A stretch of 64,000 nt of DNA, from the NCBI RefSeq assembly GCF_004010195.1, contig NC_057751.1, positions 2,747,984-2,811,983 on the forward strand, in the 5' to 3' direction. Position 1 is the stretch's first letter. Each line of letters begins with the position of its first letter. The notes under the pieces were generated by a model that worked only from the letters and a program-made list of their open reading frames with translations, did no database searches and had not been told where the DNA came from. The stretch comes from Chiloscyllium plagiosum. Its lineage: Eukaryota. Below, piece by piece: positions 10,152 to 23,120 of this stretch. The position numbers and the translations under genes are program-made.

Positions 10152-11408
10152 TAAACATAGAGGAGATAGGAGCATGATTGGCTATTTGAGCCTTCAAGCC
10201 TGTGCTGCTATTCATTATGATCATGGCTAATTATCGAGCTGAATATCCAAATCCCACATCCCACATACCGTTGATCCCTTTAGCCACAACTTAGAATCCC
10301 TATCGTGTGGAAGCAGGCCATTCGATCAATCAAGTATACACCAACCATCCAAAGAGCAACGCATCCAGACACCCTTCCCATCCCATTTCTGCACCATCCA
10401 TATGGCTCATCCCTGGACACTACTGGCAATTTAGCTAAGCCAATCCACCAAACCTGCACACCTTTGGACAGTGGGAGGAAACTAGAGCACCCAGTGGAAA
10501 TCTACACAGACACAGGGAGAATGTGCAAAACTCCACACAGACAGTCGCCTGAGGCTGGAATTCAAACCAGGGTCCCCTGTACTGTGAGACAGCAATGCTA
10601 ACCACTGAGCCATCATGGCAGAAGAGCTACAGGTACCTGCGTCTTGACAGCACACATGCTTTGGCCTCAACCTCTTTGTGGTAGAAAGTTCGACAGGTTG
10701 ACTTCTCTCTGGGTAAAGAGATTTCTCCTAATCTCAGTCCTAAAAGGTTTGGTTCCTATCCTTAAACTATGACCCCTGTTTCTGGAATCCCTACCATCAG
10801 GAACATCCTTTATGCATCAAACCTGTCTCACTATGTTAGTATATTATCGGTTTCTGTGCGATCCTCCCCCAGTATTCTGAACTCCAGCGGATACAATCTG
10901 CGTCACTCATTCTCTCTTCCCACGTGAGTCCTGCCATCCCAGGAATCCATTTAGTAAACCTTTGTTGCGCTCCCTCTATCGCAAGAACATCCATCCTCAG
11001 ATAGGAAGACCAAAATTGCACACATTACTCCAGGTGTGACCTCACGAAGGCCTCGTATGTTATTTGTCTCCTCTTTTATGAAGACAGAGTGGTTTGATTT
11101 TAGTTTGTCAGCCATTTTTTTGTTCCCCAATCTACATTCCCCCATTTCTGACTGGAGGAGATCTACATTAATTTTCAACAAACTTTCTCGCTTTACATAA
11201 CTATAGGAACTCTTATAGTAAGTTCATACGTTCTCTCTTACTTATTCTCATACTCTGTTTTCCCTTTCTTGATCAACCGCTTGGTCCTTCTTTTCTGAAT
11301 TCAAAACTGTTTCTCAACCTCAGGTATGTTACTTTTCTCTTGCCAATTTGTCTGCCTTGTTTTTGTACCAAATACTATCTCTAACTTTTCTCATTAGCTG
11401 TGGCTTTG
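10152..11408 (-). mobile_element. CR1 LINE fragment(s), interrupted by an HE1 SINE
   Basis: Minus-strand translation QFWSSYLRMDVLAIEGAQQRFTKWIPGMAGL; 3' UTR at 10152-10290. Confidence 0.8.
10291..10619 (-). mobile_element. HE1-type V-SINE
   Basis: Reverse-complement head ATGATGGCTCAGTGGTTAGCATTGCTG and V-domain. Confidence 0.88.
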
Positions 11409-11409
11409 C

Positions 11410-11912
11410 AGATCCCCTGCCAACATTTCTGTCCAAGGGCTGTTGCAGTGCTCTAGCAAAACTCAATGCAAGCTGGAGGAACATCTCATCTTCCACTTGG
11501 GTACCTGACAGCCTACAGGTCTCAATATTGAGTTTGACAATTTCAGAGCATGAGCCCACACTCCTTTTCCTTGGATGTTGATTACCCAACCGCCCCGTGG
11601 CTGAACACTTTAACATCCCCCATCCCACTCCGCCAAGGACATGCAGGTCCTTGGACTCCTCCATCACCAGACCATGGCAACCCTCACCTTGACCTCCTTC
11701 CACCTATCGCATTCCCAACGCCCCTCCCCCAAGTCCCTCCTCCCTGCCTTTTATCTTAGCCTGCTGGACACACTTTCCTCATTCCTGAAGAAGGGCTCAT
11801 GCCCGAAACGTCGATTCTCCTGCTCCTTGGATGCTGCCTGACCTGCTGCGCTTTTCCAGCAACGCATTTTTCAGCTCTGATCTCCAGCATCTGCAGTCCT
11901 CACTTTCTCCCT
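11410..11912 (+). mobile_element. Penelope-like element 3' fragments with hammerhead
   Basis: C-terminal PLE coding remnants homologous to 40570-40740 and 52250-52450, followed by the terminal repeat. Confidence 0.75.
11785..11812 (+). ncRNA. minimal hammerhead ribozyme motif, intact core
   Basis: CTGAAGA-A-GGGC-TCAT-GCCC-GAAAC-GTC. Confidence 0.75.
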
Positions 11913-11991
11913 GTTAATTACCCTCACAATCCCAGGTCCTGTCCCAAAATGACAGTCAACCATTTTTCAGCAACTCATAACCCTTACTATT

Positions 11992-12108
11992 AGGTGAAAG
12001 TGAGGACAGCAGATGCTGGAGATTAGAGTCAAGATGCCCAAAACGTCGATTTTCCTGTTCCTCGGATGCTGCCTGACCTGTTGTGCATTTCCAGCACCAC
12101 TCTAATCT
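11992..12108. mobile_element. PLE terminal-repeat mini fold-back
   Basis: Minus-strand terminus GAAAGTGAGGACAGCAGATGCTGGAGATTAGAG joined to plus-strand GCCCAAAACGTCGATT...CACTCTAATCT. Confidence 0.65.
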
Positions 12109-12159
12109 AAGCACCACCTACTCTTACCTATTAAGTTTCTCTTCTTCCCTGGGTAACTG

Positions 12160-12425
12160 CCAACAATCCTTTTATCTAACTACTTTTCTCTCCCTCTCTC
12201 TGCGGTCCCTTTCAAATATCCATGCTCTCCTTTCTCCCCCACACCCACTATCATCAGCACACATGCCACACATACCACTGTCTTTAGTTCTGAAGAAGAA
12301 TCACCAGACTTGAAATGTTTACTCTGTTCTCCCTCCTTAGATGCGACCAGAATTTCTGAGTTTTGTCCAATCAATTCTGTTTTTGTTTCAGATCTGCAGT
12401 CTCTGCAGATTTTTGTTTTATTTTA
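12160..12425 (+). mobile_element. PLE terminal fragment, second family, degenerate hammerhead
   Basis: TTCTGAAGAAGAATCACCAGACTTGAAATGTTTACTCTG, compare 30797-30830. Confidence 0.55.
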
Positions 12426-13267
12426 CCTAACATGACAACACAGAGGCAGTTAGCTAAACCAAATCAGCCTTTCAACCTCTAGATATTCAACACAATAAAA
12501 TTAACACCTTCAAAGACCCTCAAAATTGACCCAAATGGTTCCAAACCAAACTTTTTTTGAATAACCAATCCCAGACTCTGTGAATAATCAATTCCAGTCA
12601 CTGGTTTGTACCCTAAACAAAATATTTAGCAATTTATTTACAGGAATTTTAGCAGAGCAAAATTAAGAAACAAATTAATCTAACGTATTCATGCAAAAGA
12701 CAGAAAGACAAACAAACACAGTTAAGGGATGAATTAGGGAAGATAGCAAAACTGGCCAGATTACTTAAGTGGCTTTCATGATCTCTTGTTTCACAGGCAA
12801 ATACGATTATTTCTTGGTTGCTTGTCTGAAGGTGTTGATCAAGACCTTTTCAGCTCACTCAGGGAAAGTCAGTGATACTGTTCACTAAGTATCTATTCTC
12901 TGAACTTCCAATAGCTGATACTGAGAGGTTGGGCAAAGAGATTTTGAATCTTTCTGCTGTAGCCAACACAACCCAAAACTCAGTTCAAACTCTTGCCTCT
13001 GCCATCTCTCTTTGAAGCCTCTACTACAATTCAATATCCACAATCTGCTTCAACATAAAGCCTCTCCCAGACTTGCTGAGTGCCATTCACCTATCACCCA
13101 CTGTGCTTGCTGATCTCCATTTGCTGGAGAAAGTGAGGTCTGCTGATCTCCATTTGCTCCCTTGTCCCTCCATTGTCTTGCATCAGCGCTTTCCATGCCC
13201 TCATTACATGACAAGTTCCAAAATCTTTCAAGATCTCTGCACTGCTCAAATTCTGGTCTCCTGGTCC

Positions 13268-14016
13268 AAGATGGTGCCAGAGCAGGGCTTCTGTGCTGGA
13301 GCTCACCTGCTCCACGGCTTTTCTTCCACTTTTTCTTTCTTCCCCCAACTCTCTATTTTTTACTGATTTACCTTGTCCTGAACTTTGATAGCATAAGCAG
13401 TGCTGAGAGTGGACCCAGGGCACAGACTTTGAGTGGTTCTCGAGCCAGGCCCAGGACACGCACCTTGGGTAGGCCCAGCACAGAGGAGAGTGAGTGACTA
13501 CTACTTTTCCAGAACAAGCACAGAACCTGGAATCGGCAGCTACTTTATCAGCAGAGGAGACGTTGGCAAGATGGGCCCAATGGCCAAAAGTGGCCCCTGA
13601 GGATCGGCAACTTCATTGTTCGCAGGGTTTGGCTCTGACTGTGGCGAAGTGGAGGTGGGTGGGCGTCACCACAACACCACTGAGGTGGGCCCAGTGGTGA
13701 AAGACATGGCTCTGACTGGGTCTGCTGCAGGAAATTCAGCCAAGCAGCAAAGATGGCGCCTGATGATCGGTGGCCTCAATGATTGTTAGGTCTGGCATAC
13801 ACGGCATAACGTGTTGGCAGAGGGATTACACTATGGCCATCATTGACAGTGATGAGCTGGCTCGGGTTGATGGATTCTCTTTAAGGTATGTCTTTCCTTT
13901 CTTCCCCTCATTCTTAAATTAATCAAAATGGTGCCATTGCGCAGCAGCAAATGAAAGCTCTTCACTGTATTCTTAATATAAAATGCACATGACAACAAAA
14001 TCAAATCAAAATCAAA
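13268..14016 (+). mobile_element. non-autonomous retroelement with Rex1/Babar-like tail
   Basis: Starts AAGATGGTGCC; GC-rich body; ends CTTCACTGTATTC..CACATGACAACAAAATCAAATCAAA. Confidence 0.6.
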
Positions 14017-16538
14017 ATTAATGATATTCATTGCTTCACCATTTGAGACTCTGCCTTCCGTTAACTTGTTGTTCAGCTCCACTTTCCCCATTGACCTGCT
14101 GTGGAACAGCATTATCCTTGATAGAACTTTAGTTTTGCCAATGCAGGAGATTAATTCGCATGCCTACTTCATGCCCTGTCTACTTTTAAAAACAAATAGT
14201 GTTGGGGGAAGCAATTTACATTTCAGTAGCAATGGTGCACAACAGCAAATTGAGATCTGCAGTCAGTGACATTTAATTATTGAAATATGTTTCCAGATCA
14301 ATGATATATCAGCTCCTGTTGGTAATCCCTCTATCAGTCAGTCATGTGTGATGCTGAATCGTGTGAGTGTTTGAAGAATAAGATAGTGCTTGCAACGTTT
14401 CCTCATTCAGTTGAAGCTGAATCTTCAAAAAAAACAAAGTCTGTCGCTCGAGCTGATTGTGGAGAAATCATGCTTCCTTATCAGAACAGCTTTATGATGC
14501 TTCTGGCTTCCAAATAAATTGCAGGCAGCTTATAAAACATTTTTGGTATAATTTCTCATTGTGGAGCTTCACTCACTGGGCGCACACATTCAGCATTCAT
14601 GCATGATTTTCCGTACATAACAATTAGCATTTCCTCTGTCCCCAAATATCTGTCCATTCTGAGCAGACAGAAAAGTGGGACTTCCCTTTAAATAAACCTG
14701 CGTTATTCACCACAACCACTCTCTGTATTACTGAATTCCTTATCTTCTGTATTAAGAAATTTGTTTTGAGGTTTGGAAGACTTTTGAGCAAATTTCTGAG
14801 GAGGGTGCAAGTCTTCAGAATACTTACACTTTGCTTTTTGTGCTTGGCTAAACCATTTGAGCCCAGTCTCAGGGTCTTGAGTTTGTAACTCATGGCTTTG
14901 CAAAGAGCAGCCATATTCAGAGTCCTGACATGCTTCACAGTCTTGTCATTGTTACCATGTGAGGAATTGGCTGACACCAGATTCACATGACCGATGAATT
15001 GGCTGAGGCACTGAATAGGTGTTTTCTATTGGTCTTCACAGTGGAGGGCACCAGTAACATGCCAGTAGTTGACAAAGAGACAAAGGGTGGTGAGGACCTG
15101 GAAACAATCATCATTATGGAAGAGGTAGTGTTGGGCCAGCTAATGGAGCTAAGGATAGACAAGTCTCCTAGCCCTGATGGAATGCATCCCAAGGTATTAA
15201 AAGAGATGGTGGGAGAATTAACAATGCACTTGTGGCAATCTTCCAAACTTCGCTGGACTCTAGGGCAGTTCCAGTAGATTGGAAAACAGCAAACGTGACG
15301 CCACGGTTTAAAAAAGGGCAGTAGACAAAAGATGGGAAATTATAGTCCAGTTAGCTTAACTTGTGTAGCTTGAGTCTATTATCAAGGAAGAAACAGAAAG
15401 GCAGGTTGATAGAAATTGTCCCCTTAGATAGACGCAGCATGGGTTCATGATGGGCAGGTCATGCTTAACTGGAATTCTATGAAGACACTACAAACACAGG
15501 GGACAACGGAGACGCAGTGGATGTGGTGTCTCTAGATTTGCAAAAGGCATTTGATAAGGTGCCAGACAGAAGGCTGATGCAAGGAGTTATGGGAAATGTA
15601 TTAGCATGGATAGAGGATTGATTAACCAACAGGAAGCAAAGAGTAGGAATAAATAAGTGCTATTCTGGTTGGCAATCAATGACGAGTGGTGTGCCTCAGG
15701 GATCAGTGATGGGACCACAATTAACCTCGATGATCTGGAGTTGGGGACCATGTGTAATCTGTCACATTTTGCAGATGACACTAAGATGAGTGGTACAGAA
15801 AAGTGTGCAGAGGACTGCGAAACTTTACAAAGAGACATAGATAGTTTAAGTGAGTGGGTAAAGACTTGACAGATGGAGTACAATGTTAATAAATATGAAA
15901 CCATCCATTTCAGTCAGAATATCAGTAAAAAGGACAATTACTTGAATGGTAAGAAATTGCAGCATGCTGCTGTGCAGAGGGACCTGGGTGTCCTTGTGTA
16001 TGAATCACAAAAGGTTGGTATGTAGGTGCAACAGGTTATTCAGAATGCAAATGGAATTTTGTTCTTCATTGCCAAAGGGATTGAGTTTAAAAGCAGGGAG
16101 GTTATGTTGCAGCTGGTGAGGCCACACCTGGAGTACTGTGCGCAGTTTTAGACTCCTTACTTGAGAAAGAATGGACTGGCATTGGAGGTGATGCAGAGGA
16201 GGTTCACCAGGTTGATTCCAGAGTTGACGGGGTTAGCTTATGAGGAGAGACTGAGGAGACTGGGATTATATTCATTGAAATTTAGAAGAATGAGGGGGGA
16301 TCTTACAGAAACATGTGAAACAACGAAGGGAATAGATAAGATCGAAGTAGAGAGGATGTTTCCACTGGTGGGTGAAACGAGGACAAGAGGGCACAGCCTC
16401 AAAATTAGGGGGAGCAGATTTAGGACTGGATTGGGAAGGGACTCCTTCACCCAGAGGGTTGTGAATCTGTGGAATTCCCTGCACAGTGAAGTAGTTGAAA
16501 CTTCCTCAGTAAATGTTGTTGAAGCTAAGATAGATAAT

Positions 16539-17125
16539 CAAAGTTTATGAGAAGATTTGTAGCTCGAGTGCTCATTGTTGTGGTTCTGTTCGCCGAGCTG
16601 GGAATTTGTGTTGCAGACGTTTCGTCCCCTGTCTAGGTGACATCCTCAGTGCTTGGGAGCCTCCTGTGAAGCGCTTCTGTGATGTTTCCTCCAGCATTTG
16701 TAGTAATTTGTATCTGCCGCTTCTGGTTGNNNNNNNNNNNNNNNNNNNNNNNNNNNNNNNNNNNNNNNNNNNNNNNNNNNNNNNNNNNNNNNNNNNNNNN
16801 NNNNNNNNNNNNNNNNNNNNNNNNNNNNNNNNNNNNNNNNNNNNNNNNNNNNNNNNNNNNNNNNNNNNNNNNNNNNNNNNNNNNNNNNNNNNNNNNNNNN
16901 NNNNNNNNCAGAATGAAGGACCCGATACCCAGCATGAGCAAAACTAATGTAGTGTACAAAATCCCATGCAAGGACTGCACAAAACACTACATAGGACAAA
17001 CAGGAAGACAGCTAACGATCCGCATCCATGAACACCAACTAGCCACAAAGCACTGAGGATGTCACCTAGACAGGGGACGAAATGTCTGCAACACAAATTC
17101 CCAGCTCGGCGAACAGAACCACAAC
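16539..17125. mobile_element. Penelope-like element with GIY-YIG endonuclease fragment and inverted arms
   Basis: Plus-strand KTNVVYKIPCKDCTKHYIGQTGRQLTIRIHEH; about 80-bp inverted arms 16575-16654 / 17048-17127; TSD AAGA(T/C)AGATAAT at 16527-16538 / 17126-17137; gap 16730-16908. Confidence 0.92.
16613..16652 (-). ncRNA. minimal hammerhead ribozyme motif, intact core
   Basis: Minus strand GCA-CTGAGGA-T-GTCACC-TAGACA-GGGGAC-GAAAC-GTC-TGC; mirror copy at 17050-17089 (+) has GAAATGTC. Confidence 0.78.
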
Positions 17126-18359
17126 AAGACAGATAATTTTTTGAACAGGAAAGGAATTAAGGGTTATGGTGAGAAGGTGGGTAAGTGGAGCTGAGGCCAC
17201 TAAAAGATCAGCCATGATCTGTTTGAATGGCGGAGCAGGCTCGAAGGGCTGGACGGCCTACTCTTGCTCCTAGTTCTGATGTTCAAGAATACAGATCTCA
17301 ATGCAGTCAAGTCAGAAATGCCCCACAGCAAGCTACTCGTGCAACAGTGAAAACATCCAGACCTCCCTTTTCGTTCTCCCTGCCACCTTCACTTAACTTA
17401 AAATCTTTTCCCTTTCTGTCTTTCTTCCGTTCTGATGCAAGGTCGTTGACCTCACATGATAGCTCTTGCTCTCTGCACAGTTGCTGCCTGACCTTCTGAA
17501 TATTTCCAGCGTTTTTTTATTTTTAATGCTGAATGAACTCCATTGAGTATTTGAGCTTTCAAAACTCCAGAAGTGGGGGGGGGGGGGGCCTTTAAAAGCT
17601 GAATGCACATTGTTAAAATGCAACAGGGCCCATTGCTCACAGTTGGAGATAGAAATTCAACTTTGAGGCCAAAGCCCCTGCTTCACAGTCCATGGGCGAA
17701 AGATCGAACTAACCACACAGAAGCTGCAAGGTAGAAGTGTACAGGGAGCAAAAATCCTTTCCTACTTTCAACTCCCAATGGTACTTCTGAGTTGAAGAAA
17801 TTCTGTGGGGAAAGATGAACTTGTGTCAAACAAGTCAAAACTCAGAAGTTTGGAAAATCGCAACCAAAAGATGGACATGACAGTGTACATTACTGCAGTT
17901 ATGATTTGTAGTGACCAATAGGTTAAATTGTTCTCAACTGCAATACAAACGTGCTGTTGATTAATTCAAGAAAACTATGTGTAATGTTAAATTGAATATA
18001 CAACATAGAAACAGGCCATTTGGCCCATTCTATCAATGCCAGCGTTTGTGGGTCTCCTGTAATCCTTTTTTGTTCACTTTATCTGTTTAATTTCTGTCTT
18101 GTGTTACTCCCTCATGTGTTTGTCCAGCTGTCCATTAAATCCATCTGTAGTATTCACCTCAATCATACCGTGTGCTAGTGAGTTTAATATTCTAAGCATT
18201 GTCTTGATTAAAGACTTTCCTACTGGATTTATTATTAACACTCATTTAGTTCCAGTCACCTAAAAGAGGAGAATTCTATTAAATCCTTCCTATTCTTCAA
18301 GAGAACAGAACTCCAACCTGTTCAATCTTCCCTGGTTGGTATAATCCCTCAGTTATAAT

Positions 18360-19065
18360 CACTGAGATGTACAGCGTGGAAACAGACCCTTTAGTCCAAC
18401 TCATCCATGCCAACCAGATATCCCAATCTCGTCTAGTCCCATTCGCCAGCACTTGGTCCCATATGCCTCTAAACCCTTCCTATTCATACACTCATCCAGG
18501 TGCCTTATAAATGTTGAAATTGTACCAGCCTCCACCACTTCCTCTGGCACACATTCCGTACACACACCACCCTCTGCAAGAAAAAGTTTCCCCTTAGGTC
18601 CCTTTTATATCTTTCCCCTCTCACCCAACAGTGGCCTAACCAATGTCCTGTACAGCTTCAACATGACCTCCCAACTCCTGTACTCAATACTCTGACCAAT
18701 AAAGGAAAGCATTCTAAGCTCCTTTTTCACTAAACTATCTACGTGTGATTCCACTTTCAAGCAACTATGAACCTGCACTCCAAGGTCTCTTGTTCAGCAA
18801 CACTCCCCAGGACCTTACCATTAAGTATATAAGTCCTGCTCTGATTTGCCTTTCCCAAATGCAGCACCTTGCATTTATCTAAATTAAACTCTATCTGCCA
18901 CTTCTCAGCCCATTGGTTCATCTGATCGAGATCCCATTGTACTCTGAGGTAACCCTCTTTGCTGTCCACCTCCAAATCTGGTGTTATCTGCAAACTTACT
19001 AACTACACCTCAAATGTTCACATCCAAATCATTTATATAAATGATGAAAAGTAGTGGACCCAGCA
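18360..19065 (-). mobile_element. CR1/HER1-type LINE 3' fragment
   Basis: QWDLDQMNQWAEKWQIEFNLDKCKVLHLGK. Confidence 0.88.
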
Positions 19066-19279
19066 GATGTAGTATTACGCTGATCAATCATTCTTCGACC
19101 TTGTACCTGGCTCCATTTTTTTACATGAAGACCAAAACTGAACACTGTCCAGCAAGTGTTGTCTGATCAAACCTTTCCGTCAGCATTCTCTGCTTCTCAA
19201 TTCTACCTTGCAAAAATGAGTTCTGATGTTTGGTTTACTCGATACCACAGCTTGTCATTGCAGATCAACCCGGGGTTAA

Positions 19280-21165
19280 CAGACAGTGCAGGAGGACTTG
19301 TCAGAAGCAGCACTGGGCATGCCTAAAAATGAGGTGTCAACCTGGTGAAGTGACCACACAGGGCTACTTGAGTGCCAAATGATAGACATAACTAATGGAT
19401 CAGATGGGAGCTCTGCAGTGCTCCTCCTCCAGTCGTAAACAGTGGTGAGTAATGAAACAACTGTTTGGAGGAGGGTCCACAAATATCCCCATTCACGATG
19501 ATGCGAGAGCCCAACACATCAGTGTAAAAGATAAGGCTGAAGAATTTGCAGCAATCTTCAGGCAGAAATGCTGAGTGGATGATTCATCTGAGGCTCCTCC
19601 AGTGGTCCTCAGCATCATAAATGCCAGTCTTCAGCTAATTCACTCCACATACCAAGAATGGTTAGAAGCAGAGGATTCTACAAAGGCTACAGGCCCTGAT
19701 ATTATTGTGACTGTCAAACCTATGACTTGTACCACCACAACTTGAAACTCCCTGAGCCAAGCTACTCAAATTCAGTGACAACATGGGCATCTTCCTCCAA
19801 CAATGTGCAAAATTACCCAAGTATGTCCCATCCACAAAACAAAGGACAAATCCAACCTCGCCAATTACCATCCCATCTGTCCATTCTCGATTATCAATCA
19901 AGTGACAGAAGGCATCATCAATTGTGCTATCAAGCCGCACTTGCTTTACAATAACCTGAATGCTCAGTCTGGGTTCCGCCAGGGCCATTCAGCTCCTGAC
20001 CTCATCATAGCCTTGATACGAACACAGTCAAAGGTCTGAATTGAAGTGGTGAGATGAGAGTGACAGTCCGTGACATCAAGGCTGCACTTGACGGAATGTG
20101 TTATCAAGGACCTGGAGCAAACCTGGAATGAGTGGGAGTTGGGCGCAAACTCTCTGCTGATTAACATCATACCACGTGGCACATAGGAAGATGGTTGTGA
20201 GCTTTGGAGGTTAGTCAGCTCAGCTTCTGGAGATCCTTGCAGGAGTTCCTCAGGATAGTCCCTGAGGCCCAACCGTCTTTAGCTGCTTCATCAATGACAT
20301 TCCCTTCATCATAAGGTCAGAAGTGATGATCGCGCAATGTTTAATACTATTTATGGCTCGTCAGATATTGAAACGGTCCACATTCAAATGCAGCAAGATC
20401 TAGACAACATCCAGACTTGGCGCTGACAACTGGCGAGTAATATTTATGCCACACAGATGCCAGATGAAGACCACCAACAACAAGAGGAAGTCTAACCACC
20501 TCCCCATGACATTCAATGGTTTTGCCATCACTGAACCCCCCACTGTCAACATCCCAAGGGTTGTCATTGACCAGAACTTCATCTGGACTCACTATATAAA
20601 TACAGTACATACAAGAGGCTAAGAATACTGCAGCAAGTAACTCACCTCCTGACTCCCGAAAATCTCCAAGCTCTAAGTCAGGAGTGTGATGGAATATTCA
20701 TCGCTTGACTGGATGGGTACAGCTCCAATAAGTTGTCACCATCCAGGACAAAGCAGCCTGCTTGATTGACACCACATCCACAAGTATCCACTCCCTCCAC
20801 CACTAAAGCTCAGTAGCAACAATATGTACCATCTGTAAGGTGCAGTGCAAAGATTCACCAAAGATCCTTCGAGAGCACCTTCCAAATTCACGATCACTTC
20901 TGTTGAGAACAAAAAGGGCAGCAGATACATGGGAACACCACCACTGTCATGTTTCTTTCCAAGCCACTCATCATCCTGACTTAGAAATGTATCACCGTTC
21001 ATTCACTGTCACTGGATCAAAATCTGAGAACTCTCTCCCTAACGGCACTGTGGGTCAACCTCCAGCAGCTGGAGGTCACCACCACCTTCTCTCAGGGCCA
21101 CAAGGGACAGGCAGTAAATGATGGCCCAGTCAGCCATTCCCACATCCCACAGACATATTTTGAAA
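19280..21165 (+). mobile_element. CR1-group LINE family B, degenerate RT and 3' end
   Basis: KITQVCPIHKTKDKSNLANYHPI..AQSGFRQGHSAPDLI; GVPQDS; 3' tail ending CCCACATCCCA. Confidence 0.88.
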
Positions 21166-21432
21166 AGATGGTGAATCTCACAAAAAGAAGGAATAAACAA
21201 GCAAGATGCTCCGGTTACAAGTGTGAGAGGATTGATTTAGCATCGGCTTGAATAAATGGAAGGAGTTTGATAAGTATCGAGGAGCTGGAGAAGCTTGGAG
21301 TGGATGCCAATAGATTCCCTGAAGGTGGCTGGCAGTTTGAAAGAATTGTCAAGAAGGCATATGTGATACTTACCTTAACTGCAGTATGGAATACAACAGT
21401 AAGGGGCTATGCTAGATCTCTATGAAACATAA

Positions 21433-22350
21433 TTTGATTGGATTTATTATTGTCACTTGTACAGAGATACAGTATTGTTTTGCATGGTAACTATCCAAAT
21501 CATACCTTGCATAAGTACATCATTGAACAGAATGTAGAATATATTATTACAGCTGCAGATAAGGTGCAGAGAAAGATCAGCACTAATATCTGAGCGATCC
21601 ATTCATAAGTCTGATAACAGCAGGGAAGAAGCTGTTCTTTAATCTGCTGGTTCATGTTTTCAGGTTTTGTATCTTCTGCCTGATGGAAGAGGGTGGAGAA
21701 CAGTATAACCGGGGTGGAATGGGTCTTTGGTTATGTGGCTGTTTTCTCAAGGCAGCAGGAAGTGGAAGTGAAGTCGCTGGATGGAAGGCTGGTATTTGTG
21801 ATGGATTGAGCTGCATTCATAACTCTCTGTAATTTCTTGTGGTCTTGGGCAGAGCAGGTGCCTGTCCAAGCTGTGATGCATCTCCGATGGTGCATCTGTA
21901 AAAGGTCATTGTGGACATGTTGAATTTCCTTAACCTTCTGAGGAAATAGAGGTGTTGCTGTGCTTTCTTGACTGTCATGTTGATATGGATGTACCAGGAT
22001 AGATTATTGGTGTTATTTACCCCGAGGAACTTGAAGCTCTCGACCTCCTCCACCTCAGCATCATTGACACAGACAGGGACATGTTCTTCATTCCTCTTCC
22101 TGAACTTAACAAATCAGCTCCTTCATTTTGCTGACCTTGAGGGACAAATTTTATACCATGCCAGTAAGCTGTCTGTCTCCTTCCTGTACTCTATCTAGTC
22201 ATTATCTGAGATCTGACCCACTGCGGTGCTATCATCAGCAAATTTGTAAATGGAGCTAGAACTGAATCTGGCCACACAGTTGTGAATCTGTAAGGTGTAC
22301 AGTAAGGGGCTGAATATGCAGTCATGGTGGAGGGAGTGTTTCACCTATCC
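21433..22350 (-). mobile_element. Rex1/Babar LINE 3' portion
   Basis: VESFKFLGVNNTNNLSWYIHINMTVKKAQQHLYFLRRLRKF..FYRCTI; tail GTGACAATAATAAATCCAATCAAA. Confidence 0.88.
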
Positions 22351-23120
22351 TTACCTGTTAATACTTGGATATGTCATTGAAGAGCTGCCATTTCAAAGAT
22401 TATGGACCAAGAGTTGGAAACTGGGTTGGCTACTTGTCAGCCCAGTGTGGATATGATAGACTGAATGGCTTTCTTTAATCTTGACAATCTCAATGGTTGT
22501 ACAATTGTATCAGAAACAGTTTGCAGATTCTTGCATGTGGTTTGGAGAACAAACTCAGCCAGTATAGATACTGTGAGGGTTGCAGTGTGAGACCCATTTA
22601 CCATGAAAAAAAACAAACTGTATCATGGCGAGTATTTGGAAGAATATAGAGTCCTGTAAGAAGTGTTCATGCATGCTCGCTACCTATTGGTGAAGGATTA
22701 ACAGAATGATCTTTTTATCCTGTGAAACTGGACGGAGATGAATTTTACAGCAGACACGCCATTTAAATGGTCACAGAGACACAAAACTAATCAGCAAATA
22801 TATCTGAATGTAATTCTCTGTAAATTCCTGAACCTCAACATTCAAATAGGGATTCCTATCATCTTAAGTGATGCAGAAACAAAATCTAATCTCTGAGAAG
22901 AATGTGGGAAATTTTGATTGCAACACTGTTATTATCAGACAGATGACTCTTCCTCCTCTTATTAGCTCTCATTTCTTTTTCACATTACGCTGCCCATGCA
23001 ATCTGGGAATCACTGGCAAGGCCCATCCCTACCTTACCTTGATATGGTGGTGTGAAGCAGTTTTTTTTTGGAACCACTGTAATCCATCTAGCACAGGTAC
23101 AACCATGGTGCAAGATGAGA

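Larger units (their letters stand above)
14990..17285 (+). mobile_element. CR1 LINE, 5'-truncated ORF2 (RT) pseudogene plus 3' UTR, interrupted by a PLE
   Basis: DKSPSPDGMHPKVLKE; FADDTK; QRRFTRLIPEL..YEERLRRLGLYSL; many stops and frameshifts. Confidence 0.93.

Noticed and set aside
17783..17849. 11-bp inverted repeat ACTTCTGAGTT/AACTCAGAAGT
   Set aside because: The interior pairs poorly; compatible with chance
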